A DNA stretch of 63,035 nucleotides, counting the filler, from Octopus bimaculoides (lineage: Eukaryota): assembly GCF_001194135.2 (NCBI RefSeq). It is 3 parts of 2 records of this genome, joined end to end, with 100 filler letters (N's around TTAATTAATTAA, not from the genome) between each part and the next. Parts side by side here need not be neighbours in the genome. Positions count along the whole stretch, not along the records: positions 21,151 to 51,927 come from NC_068985.1; 2 more parts are not named here. One strand, 5' to 3'. The notes below the pieces were generated by a model. It made no database searches. It was given only the letters and a program-made list of their open reading frames with translations, and was not told the DNA's origin. Below are positions 24,436 through 37,552 of this stretch, one piece after another (position 1 is the stretch's first letter; every line of letters starts with the position of its first letter). The position numbers were made by a program, and so were the translations under genes.

Positions 24436-25179
24436 AGCTCTTTCAGTCTCTCGCAGTAGCTCAGCTGTTCCATTGATGCAATCTTCCTGGTGTAGCATCG
24501 CTGAACAGCCTCACGTTCTACTATTAATTTGACACTGTAGGGTAACCACAGTTTAGAGCAGTAGTCCAAACGGCTGAGTAGAAATGTCCTCCGTAGAACC
24601 AGCATAGTTTCCTGGTCCCTTGTTCTGAAGTTTCTCAGAATCCATCCGACCATTCACCTGCACATTGCCCTCATCATGATGATATGCACGTGAAACGAGG
24701 CACCATTGCTCATTTCAATCCCAGGTCACACATTATATGTAACTCTGGGATTGCCGCTCTTCGGAGTTGTGGCTTATGAACACGAATTAGCTGGTAGCGG
24801 AGGGCTTAAAATTTACCTGGATTAAATTGCAGGTTGTTTTCTTCAGCCCAATTATGTATATATATGTAACATCTCGGTCTTTCTGGAGAAGATTAGCATC
24901 AGAAAGATCCTTGACTACTTGTACTGCTTTTGTGTCACGACGTAGCTAGCAAGTGTGGCTGTCTGTGTAACTGATAGTATATCTGCAAGAGACATCATGA
25001 ACAGTAGCGGTCCTAATACAGCTCCCTGAGGCACTCTATTCTCTATTACTGTCTCCCTGGAGAGGACTCCATTGACTCTCACAGCCTGGTTTCTGCTGTG
25101 ACATATTTAATGTCATGCAACTACTCTCACAGTTTTCCGACTATACCAAGTCCCCATAGCCTGTGGCTTATCATCCCAT

Positions 25180-25621
25180 TTTTAGAAATAATACCTGTCT
25201 AAATCTCTTACAGAGATTTACGAATTAGTGATACGATGAAGTAGTTGTATGCTGTCAAATTAATGTGACAGTCCCCTGAAGGGAATAATACTACTGTTGG
25301 TTAGACCTAGGAAGGCGCACCGCTTCCTGTCGGCCTTGACACATTTCCTGTGTCACTAGAATTATTATATGTTTACAAGAGCTTGACAGGCATCTTCGAC
25401 TAGCAAGTCATGCTACTCCAGGCTGATGACGAGCAAAAACTCAGAAACATGTCTCTGGGTGCAGGCTTAGCTGGGTGGAGGTGCTTGTCTCCCCCTTGTA
25501 AACATAAGGACACAGGAAATGTGTCAAGGCCGACAGGAAGCGGTGCAGCTTCCTAGGTCTAACTAACAGTAATAATATTCCCTTCAAGGGACTGTCACAT
25601 TACGTTGACAGCATACAACTA
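25180..25621 (+). mobile_element. Non-coding fold-back element with hammerhead motif (Penelope-like relic)
   Basis: Inverted arms 25242-25380 and 25495-25621; 11-bp direct repeat TATCATCCCAT at 25169-25179 and 25622-25632; hammerhead in the loop. Confidence 0.8.
25418..25458 (+). ncRNA. Minimal type I hammerhead ribozyme motif
   Basis: CCAGG-CTGATGA-CGAGCAAAAACTCA-GAAAC-AT-GTC-TCTGG: helix I CCAGG/TCTGG, intact core, helix II GAG/CTC, palindrome ACATGT, GUC cleavage triplet. Confidence 0.75.
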
Positions 25622-26994
25622 TATCATCCCATGTTCAACCTTATCAAAGGTCTTTGCAAAATCGAGATATATGTTTAATATAATCATAATCAACTGATCC
25701 TCCTGTATTTCCTTTTACCCAAAACCAGGAACTTTTCAGCACCCCTCATATCAGAGCACAAATCAACACACACAGACAGTATAAACAGACATGTATGCAC
25801 GTACTCAAGCACACACACAGCACACCACACACTTATACGGTGGGAATGTATGTGTATTTCTGATATATGTATATATATATATATATNNNNNNNNNNNNNN
25901 NNNNNNNNNNNNNNNNNNNNNNNNNNNNNNNNNNNNNNNNNNNNNNNNNNNNNNNNNNNNNNNNNNNNNNNNNNNNNNNNNNNNNNNNNNNNNNNNNNNN
26001 NNTATATATATGCATATACATGCATATACATAAAGAGAAAGAGAGGCAAAAATAAAGTATGTTTACTCTTACCTTAAAAGACGGATAGATTGTTGGTTTG
26101 TTATATAATCTGGTCGTCTGCTTTACAGATAATGTCACTTTTTCTATTACATATGTGATGTGTTTAACGAATGAAGACACAAAACCTATTCTTCAGATTT
26201 GCAGAATTCACTTAATTCTCTACGATGTTTTTTCCCCCGTTTTTGGTAGAAATATCCAGTAATGGATATTTTCTTCTCCTTTTCCACAAATGTATAAAAT
26301 TCAAGAAATTGATATAAATGACCTTTCTCTGGCTCCTCTGACGTGGATAATTTCATAAATCGATTTTGGCGATAGCAATAATCAAAGAATAACCACATGG
26401 GGATTTCAGTGAAATTGACTTATGGATCAGGTAGCTTCGGTAAGAGATTTCAAAACCAACGGCTCGTATAAGATAGGCTACATTATAATGCTGAATAAAC
26501 AACTGGGTCCATTAAGTCTCTGCATTTTCTCTATGCTTTCTCGGCTCTGTATCACATTCAAAGAGTAGTGTTTGGTTTACCATTTTAGCGTTTTTTGTCC
26601 ATGTGATTACACTAGGCAAATATGATCTTCGCTCAAGAGCAATGAAAAAAAAAAAAGACCCAAAATTCTTAATTCTTCGTATGTGCTCACGAAATTCTAA
26701 CTGGAATTTTATCAACAGTATGATTAAGAACAATAATATCAAACTGTAACAAAAATAAATTGTTACAGAGGTTCTTGGCGACAAATTTTGTGGGAGAGAA
26801 AGTAATTGGTTAAGCTAATTCTAGTGATTGTTTTCCTACAATCTGTTGATTCAAATCTAAAGGAAAAGGGACGTAACTAAATTTTGCTTCATATTTTCCT
26901 TTGCACAAATCAGTATATGTAGAAAAATATAAATGTAAAATACTTGAGATGGGATGTTATTAAGTTTGTTATAACCTTGGCAAATAGTCTTTTT

Positions 26995-27305
26995 TTCTCT
27001 AGGCACAAGGTCCGAAATTTTTGGCGAGGGGGAGGCAGTCGATTAGATCGACCCCAGTACGCAACTAGTACTTAATTTATCGAGCCCGAAAGTATGAAAG
27101 GCAAAATCGCCCTCGGCGGAATTTGAACTCAGGACGTAAAGGCAGACCGATAAGTATTTCGCCCGTCGTGCTAAAGTTTCTGCCAGCTCGCCACCTTAAT
27201 TTGAAGGAATTTGGTAAGACGAAATAAACATTTCTATTATAGACACAAGGCCTGAAATTTCCGGGTTGGGTAGCAGTCGATTAGATTGACCCCATTACAC
27301 AACTG
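26995..27305 (-). mobile_element. Two adjacent SINE family C copies (one near full, one tail only)
   Basis: Reverse complement of the family C pattern. Confidence 0.7.
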
Positions 27306-27364
27306 GCCTTTTTCCAAAATTTCAAACCAGTGCTTACTGTTAAAGCAAATATTTACAACACCAA

Positions 27365-27560
27365 AGCGGCGAGCTGGCAGAAATGCTTAGCGATATTTCG
27401 TCTGTCTTTACGTTCTGAGTTCAAATTCCGGTGAGGTTGACTTTGCCCTTTATCCGTTTGGGGGTCGATAAATTTAGTACCAGTTGCGTACTGGGGTCGA
27501 TCTAGTCGACTGGCCCCCTCCCCCCTAATTTCAGGCTTTGTGCCTAGAGTAGAGAAGAAT
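27365..27560 (+). mobile_element. SINE family C
   Basis: GCGGCGAGCTGGCAGAAATGCTTAGC..GGCTTTGTGCCTAGAGTAGAG. Confidence 0.8.
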
Positions 27561-28833
27561 ATTTACAGCACCAGTATGTTTGCTTCATATATGACTTAAA
27601 TAAATAAATATATTCCTGAATGGTGTTAATTTGCATTTATTTTATAATTTTTTCTCATATCAAATCATATACTTGTAACAGATCATCACTCCTCTCATCT
27701 GTATGCCAAAACATTCAACGAAACCGAGGTGTTGATACAAATTAATTATAATTAGTGATTGGAGACTGATGCAGCAATTATATCGATAAATTAAACAACT
27801 TTTGACAAATTAGAACAAACTAACTTTAAAATGAATGTGTCATTTGCCAGAAATTAGCGAACATATTTGCCTTTTTATCATATTTTGACAGAATATATTA
27901 TCTCGCAGTAATAAAACAACTTAGTATGAAATCATTTGTTAATTATTATATACAGACGTATCAAAATGATACATTTATCTTTAAAAAACTGTTATTCATT
28001 GCTGACCAAATTAGATCATATCCATTATAAACAAAATAACCAAATGATGTTATTTTCTTTAGTTTTTCTTTATGGATACAATGACGCCCAATATTTTGAC
28101 ATTGTATTTACACGACGCCATAAATAGATAATGAAAGTGTTATGTTTCATTCTATATTCTTTACCATATTCTTTCGTATATTTAAAAGCTTACCGTGTAA
28201 AACTATTAATTGTAACCAGCGTGAGCAAAATCCAATATGCTCAATATAAAAATATATGAAAATACTCAAAACGCTGCCAAACAACCACACACATTTGCGA
28301 GGTGTAGGTATGAATGATTTCAAAGAACATTTGGGGAAAAAAATTTATCTGGAATGCCAGATAAACCTACATCGCGGCAGGAAACACAGAAGAGCTGCTC
28401 ATTTCAACTAACCACGACGCCAGAAACAGTTCCCGAGAGAAGTCCGGGAAGTAAGTGTGTAAATAAAAACGAATCACACAGAAGGTGGTGTCAAAGAAAA
28501 TCCGCAGCCCCTGGCATAAACCAGGAACAGTAAGTGGAAAACTAATGAATTAGTATAAGCATAATCTATTGAAATAATTATTTGGCTTGACAGGAGGATT
28601 CTGTAAAACTTTTGGGAAAAAATATGGAACGTTAGATTAGAATTAAGATGAAAGTATATTATTAGTTGTAATGTGCATAACTATTTAAACCCAAATAATG
28701 GTTTCTTTCCAAAGGAAATCTCCTCCAAATACCATAGGCAACAGATGTTATTGAATCAAGAATAAGTTTTTTAAAGTACACACAGTAGCAACCAGACAAA
28801 CACATGTACAGATGTACACATATACACACATCC

Positions 28834-28870
<37 letters not shown>

Positions 28871-28885
28871 CCTACACCTCGAGAG

Positions 28886-29222
28886 GATGAAAGGCAAAGT
28901 TGACCTCGGCGGAATTTGAACTCAGAACATGAAGTCAGACGAAATACCGATAAGCATTTCGCCCGGCGCGCTAACGTTTCTGCCAGCTCGCCACCATAAT
29001 TTGAAGGAATTTGGTAAGACGATATAATCCTTTCTATTATAGACACAAGGCCTGAAATTTCCGGGTTGTGTAGCAGTCGATTAGAATGACCCCAGTACAC
29101 AAATGGTACTTATTTTATCGACCCCGGAAAGTGAAAGGCAAAGTCAACCTCGGCAGAGTTTGAACTCAGAACGTACAGACGAACTAAATGCCGCTAAGCT
29201 GAAGATCCTGCCAGCTCGTCGC
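28886..29222 (-). mobile_element. Two adjacent SINE family C copies
   Basis: Reverse complement of the family C pattern; junction shared with about 27145-27305. Confidence 0.7.
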
Positions 29223-29868
29223 GTTGAAGCGGGAACAAAATAAAACAAAATAAATTATGGCAGAACTCCAGCATGGCTGCTGTGCTACGATTTAAAACCC
29301 AAGAAAATAAAAGAAAACGAATAAGTTCATTTTCATTCTTTCTGAAATAAATGGAACCGATCTATAATGAACAACATTTCTGACCACATTGAAAACAAAA
29401 CAATGAAATACGAACATATCAGACATCCGCATGCAGGTGATATCAGTGATCAGTGTTTCTCGTAGAACAATCAGTATTCAAAAGTATAGAAAAACCAAGA
29501 AGTTTTAAACAAAAGAGGATACGCTATCGTGTGATGATAAAACATAGATATTATCATTGAGATACAAAATGAAAACCAAATAATTAATCTTACATATCTG
29601 GGGGGATAGAAATATGAAAAATAAGATGATTAAAACGTTATATGCGTTTAGATTTGATGTCCATTTTTGTGAATCAGTTAGTATAACCGTTTGATATTTA
29701 TTTGATACATGTAGCATGTGAAAATCTCATTAACTTCACAAATTAACACTTTATCCGTTTTCGCGGCAAAGGATCAGAATTTTTATTACATTTTTATTTT
29801 TTTATTTTTATGAAATGAAGTTATAAAAATTGATTTTGACTACAGGATATAGATATACAAAGAGAAAG

Positions 29869-29911
<43 letters not shown>

Positions 29912-30924
29912 ATATATATATATATATATATGATTAGCCGCATTTGAGTGGCAAATATACTTCACACACAAACACACANNNNNNNNNNNNNNNNNNNNNN
30001 NNNNNNNNNNNNNNNNNNNNNNNNNNNNNNNNNNNNNNNNNNNNNNNNNNNNNNNNNNNNNNNNNNNNNNNNNNNNNNNNNNNNNNNNNNNNNNNNNNNN
30101 NNNNNNNNNNNNNNNNNNNNNNNNNNNNNNNNNNNNNNNNNNNNNNNNNNNNNNNNNNNNNNNNNNNNNNNNNNNNNNNNNNNNNNNNNNNNNNNNNNNN
30201 NNNNNNNNNNNNNNNNNNNNNNNNNNNNNNNNNNNNNNNNNNNNNNNNNNNNNNNNNNNNNNNNNNNNNNNNNNNNNNNNNNNNNNNNNNNNNNNNNNNN
30301 NNNNNNNNNNNNNNNNNNNNNNNNNNNNNNNNNNNNNNNNNNNNNNNNNNNNNNNNNNNNNNNNNNNNNNNNNNNNNNNNNNNNNNNNNNNNNNNNNNNN
30401 NNNNNNNNNNNNNNNNNNNNNNNNNNNNNNNNNNNNNNNNNNNNNNNNNNNNNNNNNNNNNNNNNNNNNNNNNNNNNNNNNNNNNNNNNNNNNNNNNNNN
30501 NNNNNNNNNNNNNNNNNNNNNNNNNNNNNNNNNNNNNNNNNNNNNNNNNNNNNNNNNNNNNNNNNNNNNNNNNNNNNNNNNNNNNNNNNNNNNNNNNNNN
30601 NNNNNNNNNNNNNNNNNNNNNNNNNNNNNNNNNNNNNNNNNNNNNNNNNNNNNNNNNNNNNNNNNNNNNNNNNNNNNNNNNNNNNNNNNNNNNNNNNNNN
30701 NNNNNNNNNNNNNNNNNNNNNNNNNNNNNNNNNNNNNNNNNNNNNNNNNNNNNNNNNNNNNNNNNNNNNNNNNNNNNNNNNNNNNNNNNNNNNNNNNNNN
30801 NNNNNNNNNNNNNNNNNNNNNNNNNNNNNNNNNNNNNNNNNNNNNNNNNNNNNNNNNNNNNNNNNNNNNNNNNNNNNNNNNNNNNNNNNNNNNNNNNNNN
30901 NNNNNNNNNNNNNNNNNNNNNNNN

Positions 30925-30993
<69 letters not shown>

Positions 30994-31313
30994 ACATGCG
31001 TGTGTGTGCATGTGAGTGTACAAACGTAAGATCAATTCCAACACTTTAGAGTTATGAATCTGTAAAGGCTTTTCACTGCAGTTTGTCGTGGACAAAAAAT
31101 GTATATTATAAACTTCACTGCTTCGTGAGTCTAACCCACGAAAGAATTACGTAGGTCATTTCTAATTTAGGTTCATGGACAAGAATTGCAAGACGCAGTG
31201 GCCAGTCGACATCACCGAACACAATACTCATTTAGTGCTTCGTTTTAACAACCTATTTGACGTCTGTGTGATTTGAACTTAGAACACAAAGATCCGTAGA
31301 AATTTAGCATTAG

Positions 31314-31373
<60 letters not shown>

Positions 31374-32249
31374 NNNNNNNNNNNNNNNNNNNNNNNNNNN
31401 NNNNNNNNNNNNNNNNNNNNNNNNNNNNNNNNNNNNNNNNNNNNNNNNNNNNNNNNNNNNNNNNNNNNNNNNNNNNNNNNNNNNNNNNNNNNNNNNNNNN
31501 NNNNNNNNNNNNNNNNNNNNNNNNNNNNNNNNNNNNNNNNNNNNNNNNNNNNNNNNNNNNNNNNNNNNNNNNNNNNNNNNNNNNNNNNNNNNNNNNNNNN
31601 NNNNNNNNNNNNNNNNNNNNNNNNNNNNNNNNNNNNNNNNNNNNNNNNNNNNNNNNNNNNNNNNNNNNNNNNNNNNNNNNNNNNNNNNNNNNNNNNNNNN
31701 NNNNNNNNNNNNNNNNNNNNNNNNNNNNNNNNNNNNNNNNNNNNNNNNNNNNNNNNNNNNNNNNNNNNNNNNNNNNNNNNNNNNNNNNNNNNNNNNNNNN
31801 NNNNNNNNNNNNNNNNNNNNNNNNNNNNNNNNNNNNNNNNNNNNNNNNNNNNNNNNNNNNNNNNNNNNNNNNNNNNNNNNNNNNNAATCGACTGGTCCCT
31901 CCGCCCAAATTTTGGGCTTTATGCCTAGAGAAGAAAAGAATATTACCTAGTTTAAAGAACAACAGCTAAGTAGAAAAATATAAGATAGAACAGGTGTAAC
32001 GGAAAACCATTTGATATCATGAAAAGGTGTAATGGAAAATCATTTTTTTATCATTACTTTTCCTTTTAGTGCCATTCTAAAATATTACATAGTAAAAAAA
32101 AAAAAAAAGATGGCTGCCATACTTGTAAAATGAAGAAACAACATTTTCAAGATTGCTTGGCTACAGAGAAGAATGAATATCCACTCTGTTCTAATTCTTG
32201 GATTATATGTATACAGAATATGTAATATTCTTTAAGTAACCCACGAACT

Positions 32250-32830
32250 CATGAATTACTTATTTTTCTACACACATCCGTTGAATGAAGAAGCAGTTTT
32301 AGAGAGCCTGCGTTACCGTACATAGGCCATGGAGGCAGAACGCGAAAGCATTGACTCATCCAAAAATATGTAGAAACCTGACAGTCTTGAAAGTTTGAAG
32401 TTACGGGCTTCTCAAAAAATTTTGTTTTCGCATCAGCATGCTGATGTTCTGTAGAATTACTCAAAGAAAAACATACAGAGACATTTCTATGATTTCCATT
32501 ATGTTTTGTATTATATAAAAGACGTCGATGACATGTTGCAGATGTTATAACATTTCCTAATTGTATGTGGAATTCTTAATGTTGTTCAATTTTATGAGAG
32601 AACTTCTCACCCTTCTTCGATATAAATCTGAGATTATGATCTGAGATATTACTTTCTTCTAGTGTCACAGAAATCTTTCCATCTCGAAGGCTGAAGGTTT
32701 CATCTTTCACATAAAAAACATGAAGGTTTTCGCTCATTAGTGAACGAAGCGATAAAACCAAATTTCAATTAGCTCAGCTTAATATGCCGTATTTTCCCTT
32801 CTTAGCAACATGGACGCAGCCGCCGTGAAA
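32250..32830 (-). pseudogene. Highly degraded hAT (Charlie-type) transposase N-terminal relic
   Basis: Across frames: AKKGKY..LKFGFIASFTNERKPSCFLC..MKPS..; H..AKTKFFEK, resembling the KRKY..YLKFGF..PQCVIC..MKPSKL..H..FF pattern. Confidence 0.45.
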
Positions 32831-33079
32831 TTAATGAACTTTAATATGAATCCCAAATTTATCAAATAAATAGAAAAACACATAAAAATGTGGTTTTATG
32901 GTTCTTGTAATTGGCTTAAATTATAGAAAAAAAAAATACACTCCAATATGACAAAAATTTAAATGTTTTCTTTTATATTCATCTCCTGTATTTATTATTT
33001 TTTTTGTTTTTCAAGATGCCGATTTTCACAGAAAAACATAATAAACCTTCATTCCACTGGTAATGTCCGAAATCTGATA

Positions 33080-34460
33080 TCTGTAATTTGAGTAACTTTG
33101 TTGTTTTAATATATCTGAATGACAACAGGATATATTACGATGATATTGTGTCAAGTGCTACTTCGTGTCGTTGCAGTGCGATTAGCCAGTTCGGTTTCTG
33201 TTTTCACCCTATTTGAATGGATGTGAGAACGGAGCAGGTAAGACAACATTGCTGTAAATACAATCAGAAATATTCATAGTTTTAATGGAAAGACTTGCTT
33301 AAATGAAAGAACCAGTCGATGATGGTTTAAAACTTGTAAGCGGCTAAGCTGAGTCTAAAAGAGAGTTACAAATATGTTGTCCGGTTCAGTTTAAAGAAGT
33401 CTTGCTTAGGTCCGAATTTTATCGAATTTTATCGGTTGAAAACGTATTCTAATTCTAGAAGTTGAATTCAAACCGTCCAGCTGCTCAGTGGCATTTGCAA
33501 TGGCTGCCCAAAGATGGGTAATGCGTTCTTTGTTCCTTGACAGAAAAGGAATCCTATGTCTTGCACAGTCTGTTAACAAATGCCTTCAGCGCAGGATTAC
33601 AAATAATGTTACTGGAAGAATCCTGTATACACTTTACATCTTCTAGTGCACCTTTTTGGAGATAACTTTCTAATAACCTTATGAACTCTTGCTTTATACA
33701 TCTGACGTGTCAGAATGACATCAATGCACTACTTGGTGAGTGGTTTCATAGGGTGCAATAGCTTTGTTAGCAGTCTTATCTTGCAGTAAACCAAAGATTG
33801 GTTCGGGCTGCAGTCGAGAACTATGAAAGATCGAGGCATAGAAAACATTCTTCAATGACATCATCATCTCGTGAATATCAAGTCTACATCATCCCGGTGA
33901 CTGGAGCAAAAATGTTTACAAGATATCTTGGCAGAGGTTTGTTTAGGGAGTAAGTGTTGGCGAGACACATTCTAAGGGGAGTGCAAAACTCAAGCAATCA
34001 TTGTGCATTGTAACCCACGAAGTGTGAAAAACTCAAGTAATTGTTATCCATTGTAAGCCATACTGCCAATCTTTGTTAGGAATTACAGTCAGCACACAAT
34101 GCCGTTGAAGCCGCTCAGAAGCAGTAGCTGTTCCTGTATTGATGTCTCGCACATCCAATGTATGGATTTAAAGAGAGAAAATCCTTTTGCCTCCCCGCCA
34201 AGCTGAGCTTCACCAAGAAAATTTTATATTTTTCTCGTATAGATTTTCTGAGCAAAATATCTCTCCTATAACGTTGTGATGTCGACTTGAAGTCTAAGTT
34301 GGGAACTAGTAATGGCAACAGTGTTTTAAGTGTCTCTGACATTCCGGATGTTCTTTGATAGTCCAGCGATCACAGTTTGTGCATTCCAACATCCTCATAT
34401 GACAGCTGGCTTCTTCTGTATTAAAAAGAAAATTGATACGCCATACATTTTATGAAGGAA
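33080..34460 (-). pseudogene. Highly degraded hAT (Charlie-type) transposase
   Basis: Ordered motifs across frames: MYGV..KKP / RHLKH; YSRDDDVIEECFLCLDL (cf. RY..I.EEFLFC); C-terminal NRNR..ND..VAL..KQQ; many stops. Confidence 0.5.
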
Positions 34461-34924
34461 AGACCAAAGACCAGTATAACTCGGCATAAGTCCTTTTTGC
34501 AGAAGTTCCCTTAAAATATTGAAAGCAAAGTACGGTTTTCGTGAGGATTTCAACCCCGGATTATACCTCAATGTTTATTCCCGAATCATTTCATATGTGT
34601 GAATATTGCCGAAAGCAGGAAAAAAAATAATGACAAACTTAGCCTTCTTACAGATGAATAACCGTCGAAGGCAGACGAATTTTATGTAGTAATTTAGTTC
34701 AGGTATCAGTATTAAAAGTTCTGCGGAACTCTGAAGTTAAGTGATATGAAAAAGGATTGGGGTTACACATGGCCTTTTGAGAGTCTTGTCTCGAAAATGA
34801 TTTCTTACTATTGCGAGATAATCACCTCACCAACCGTCGGTTTGAGTATCTTGGACCTGTATACATATTCATGCATACCTATATACATACATATATACAT
34901 ATGCATAGATACATACATACATGT

Positions 34925-35148
34925 GCATGTCTAGATATGCAACTCTATGCATGCGAATATATAAAACAGACAAATCTGCACATACATACATAATGCATAC
35001 ATACATGCATACATACATACATACATATATACATACAAACAAAATTACCGCGTTGTCGATGTTGAAATTCCAATGAAGGAGCCTTGAATCTAGGTTAGAA
35101 ACCGGTTCTTTCTCTATTGGCAAAAAATCTTGAAATAAACTGAATAAT
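34925..35148 (+). mobile_element. 3' UTR fragment of the R4-like element at 58341-58777
   Basis: GCATGTCTAGATATGCAACT..GTTGAAATTCCAATGAAGGAGCCTT..CTCTATTGGCAA..CTGAATAAT shared in reverse orientation. Confidence 0.75.
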
Positions 35149-35604
35149 GGCATACATACATACACACATATATACACGCGAATATATATAATTGGTTTCA
35201 TTTACACAAGAATTCTGAAGGGCATGTGTGTGTTTGAAAAGTAAGTGTAAAGGTTTTTTGTATAGAAAAATTCCATTTAGTAAGGTGTTGTGCTAATAAA
35301 AACGACACAGTATACATCAGAATTAAGCGAAACGTAATCACCCCAGAAGCAACTGCGAGGGCGATAGATACGTACTTCAGTGTGGGTGAGACTTGTCAGT
35401 GTTACAGAAAACGTATTTGTTTCTCTCACGGTCACTTTGTGGGCGATTTTCTTTGTATATTTTCTTTTTACACAAGACGTCTATACAGAGACATCTAGCC
35501 GATAAATAAACTGAAGCATCTAGCATTTAACCACGCACCTCAAGTGTCTTAGTTGCATAAAGACTTTACTATAGACATTACTTACAGTTCATTATTCGAA
35601 TTTC

Positions 35605-35689
<85 letters not shown>

Positions 35690-35868
35690 TATATATATAT
35701 ATATAAATATGTATATAATAAATATATAAAATACATATACATATATATATTTATATACACACATACATATATACATACAAACATAGACTCACGCACACAT
35801 ATCTGTGCACGGGCACAAGCACTCACACACGTATATGCCGGCATATATATATGGAAAAAGAGAGGGAC

Positions 35869-35902
<34 letters not shown>

Positions 35903-36840
35903 AGACCCTTTAATCGTTAATTATACTTAAGTAAATATGAACAGAGGACGCCTGACAAAATCTTCCATTATATATCATATATACTTTATCCCTTTAACGG
36001 ACGTAATTATTGAATCTAACAGCTGCATTGCGACTTCATAATATCAAACNNNNNNNNNNNNNNNNNNNNNNNNNNNNNNNNNNNNNNNNNNNNNNNNNNN
36101 NNNNNNNNNNNNNNNNNNNNNNNNNNNNNNNNNNNNNNNNNNNNNNNNNNNNNNNNNNNNNNNNNNNNNNNNNNNNNNNNNNNNNNNNNNNNNNNNNNNN
36201 NNNNNNNNNNNNNNNNNNNNNNNNNNNNNNNNNNNNNNNNNNNNNNNNNNNNNNNNNNNNNNNNNNNNNNNNNNNNNNNNNNNNNNNNNNNNNNNNNNNN
36301 NNNNNNNNNNNNNNNNNNNNNNNNNNNNNNNNNNNNNNNNNNNNNNNNNNNNNNNNNNNAGGACGCCTGACAAAATCTTCCATTATATATCATATATACT
36401 TTATCCCTTTAACGGACGTAATTATTGAATCTAACAGCTGCATTGCGACTTCATAATATCAAACAAAATAGTGGACAAGTAATTTCTCTCTCACTATAGA
36501 AACCGTGGATGGGGAGAACATTTCATTCCGCTTAGATATATCTGAGGAATATTATCTGACGGTGAAATTATTTGTACATTTTAGACCCAATCGGAACAGT
36601 GCTGCCCTCATATATATTTATATTCATAACTATTAGTCTATCTATAAAAATCTATCAATCACTTTCTGTCTGTCTGCCTTTATATATGTGTGCGCGTGTG
36701 TGTATATGTACATATATGCATATATATATACGTATATGTATATGTATGTATATGTATATACATATAAGCTTCTGTATATATGCATACGTACATATAGAGA
36801 TATATATGTGTGAGTGTGCATGTATGTGTGTGTATGAATG

Positions 36841-36883
<43 letters not shown>

Positions 36884-37404
36884 AGGCTTCTATATACGCA
36901 TACATATATACATATGTGTGTATATATACATGTGTGTGTTTATACACACACATATAGGCGTATGTATATATACACACACGCGAGTATACACATATATGTG
37001 TTTATCCCTGTTTACATGTGCATGTATGTGTGATATTTTGTGCTAGCAAAAGGCCTTTCCTTAACTCACAATGGATTGCTGTTTATACATGAAAGGATTC
37101 CTTGGAAAATGCAACGGACATAAACGAAAGCAGTTTTTTTTTCCAATAGGGCACTTTCAGGCTGTACCCCAGTAGGACCGATATAGAATAACTGAAAAAG
37201 GACCAATAAAACACGGTAATATAATAATAAGTGTACGCACACACAGGCACACACATGGGTATGCGTGTGTGTATATGCGTGTGTCTGATTTTAATTTATC
37301 AAAACTCAAACTGATGCTTTGCGTGACGTCTCGAGTTTCATGCTAGTGGGATCATGAGGCGAAACTAGCATGGCTTGATATTGGTAGAGCATATATATTC
37401 GTTG

Positions 37405-37550
37405 GTTTTAGTGGTTTAGTAGTTAGAGTGTTCGACTCATGATCGCAATATTGTGGTTTCGATTCCTGGATCGGGCGACGCGTTGTGCTTTTGAGCAAAA
37501 CACTTCATTACATTGCTCAAGTTCACTTGGCTGGCAAAAATGAGTAACCC
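37405..37550 (+). mobile_element. SINE family B head, truncated by the fold-back element
   Basis: tRNA-like head with GGTTTCGATTCC; TTGTGCTTTTGAGCAAAACACTT. Confidence 0.65.
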
Positions 37551-37552
37551 TA

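Larger units (their letters stand above)
24436..25672 (-). pseudogene. CR1-clade LINE RT fragment, split by a 442-bp insertion
   Basis: IYLDFAKTFDKVEHGMI | GMISHRLWGLGI..NQAVRVNG..VPQGAVLGPLLF..SYV(D)DT..GWILRNFRTRD..SRLDYCSKLW..VQRCYTRKI..SYCERLKEL. Confidence 0.9.

Noticed and set aside
26186-26784. Minus-strand hydrophobic ORFs with a DPVVY (GPCR TM7-like) motif between them
   Set aside because: The pieces are in different frames with stops around the motif; no coherent 7TM pattern
29840-31029. Long ORFs of 300-400 aa here and at 39748-40938, 48492-49503 and 16323-17210
   Set aside because: Composed of N runs and dinucleotide repeats
33700-33955. Plus-strand frame VNQRLVRAAVENY..QVYIIPVTGAKMFTRYLG resembling PACS or PI3K p101 segments
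   Set aside because: No compatible flanking exons; the opposite strand gives ordered hAT transposase motifs that explain the region better
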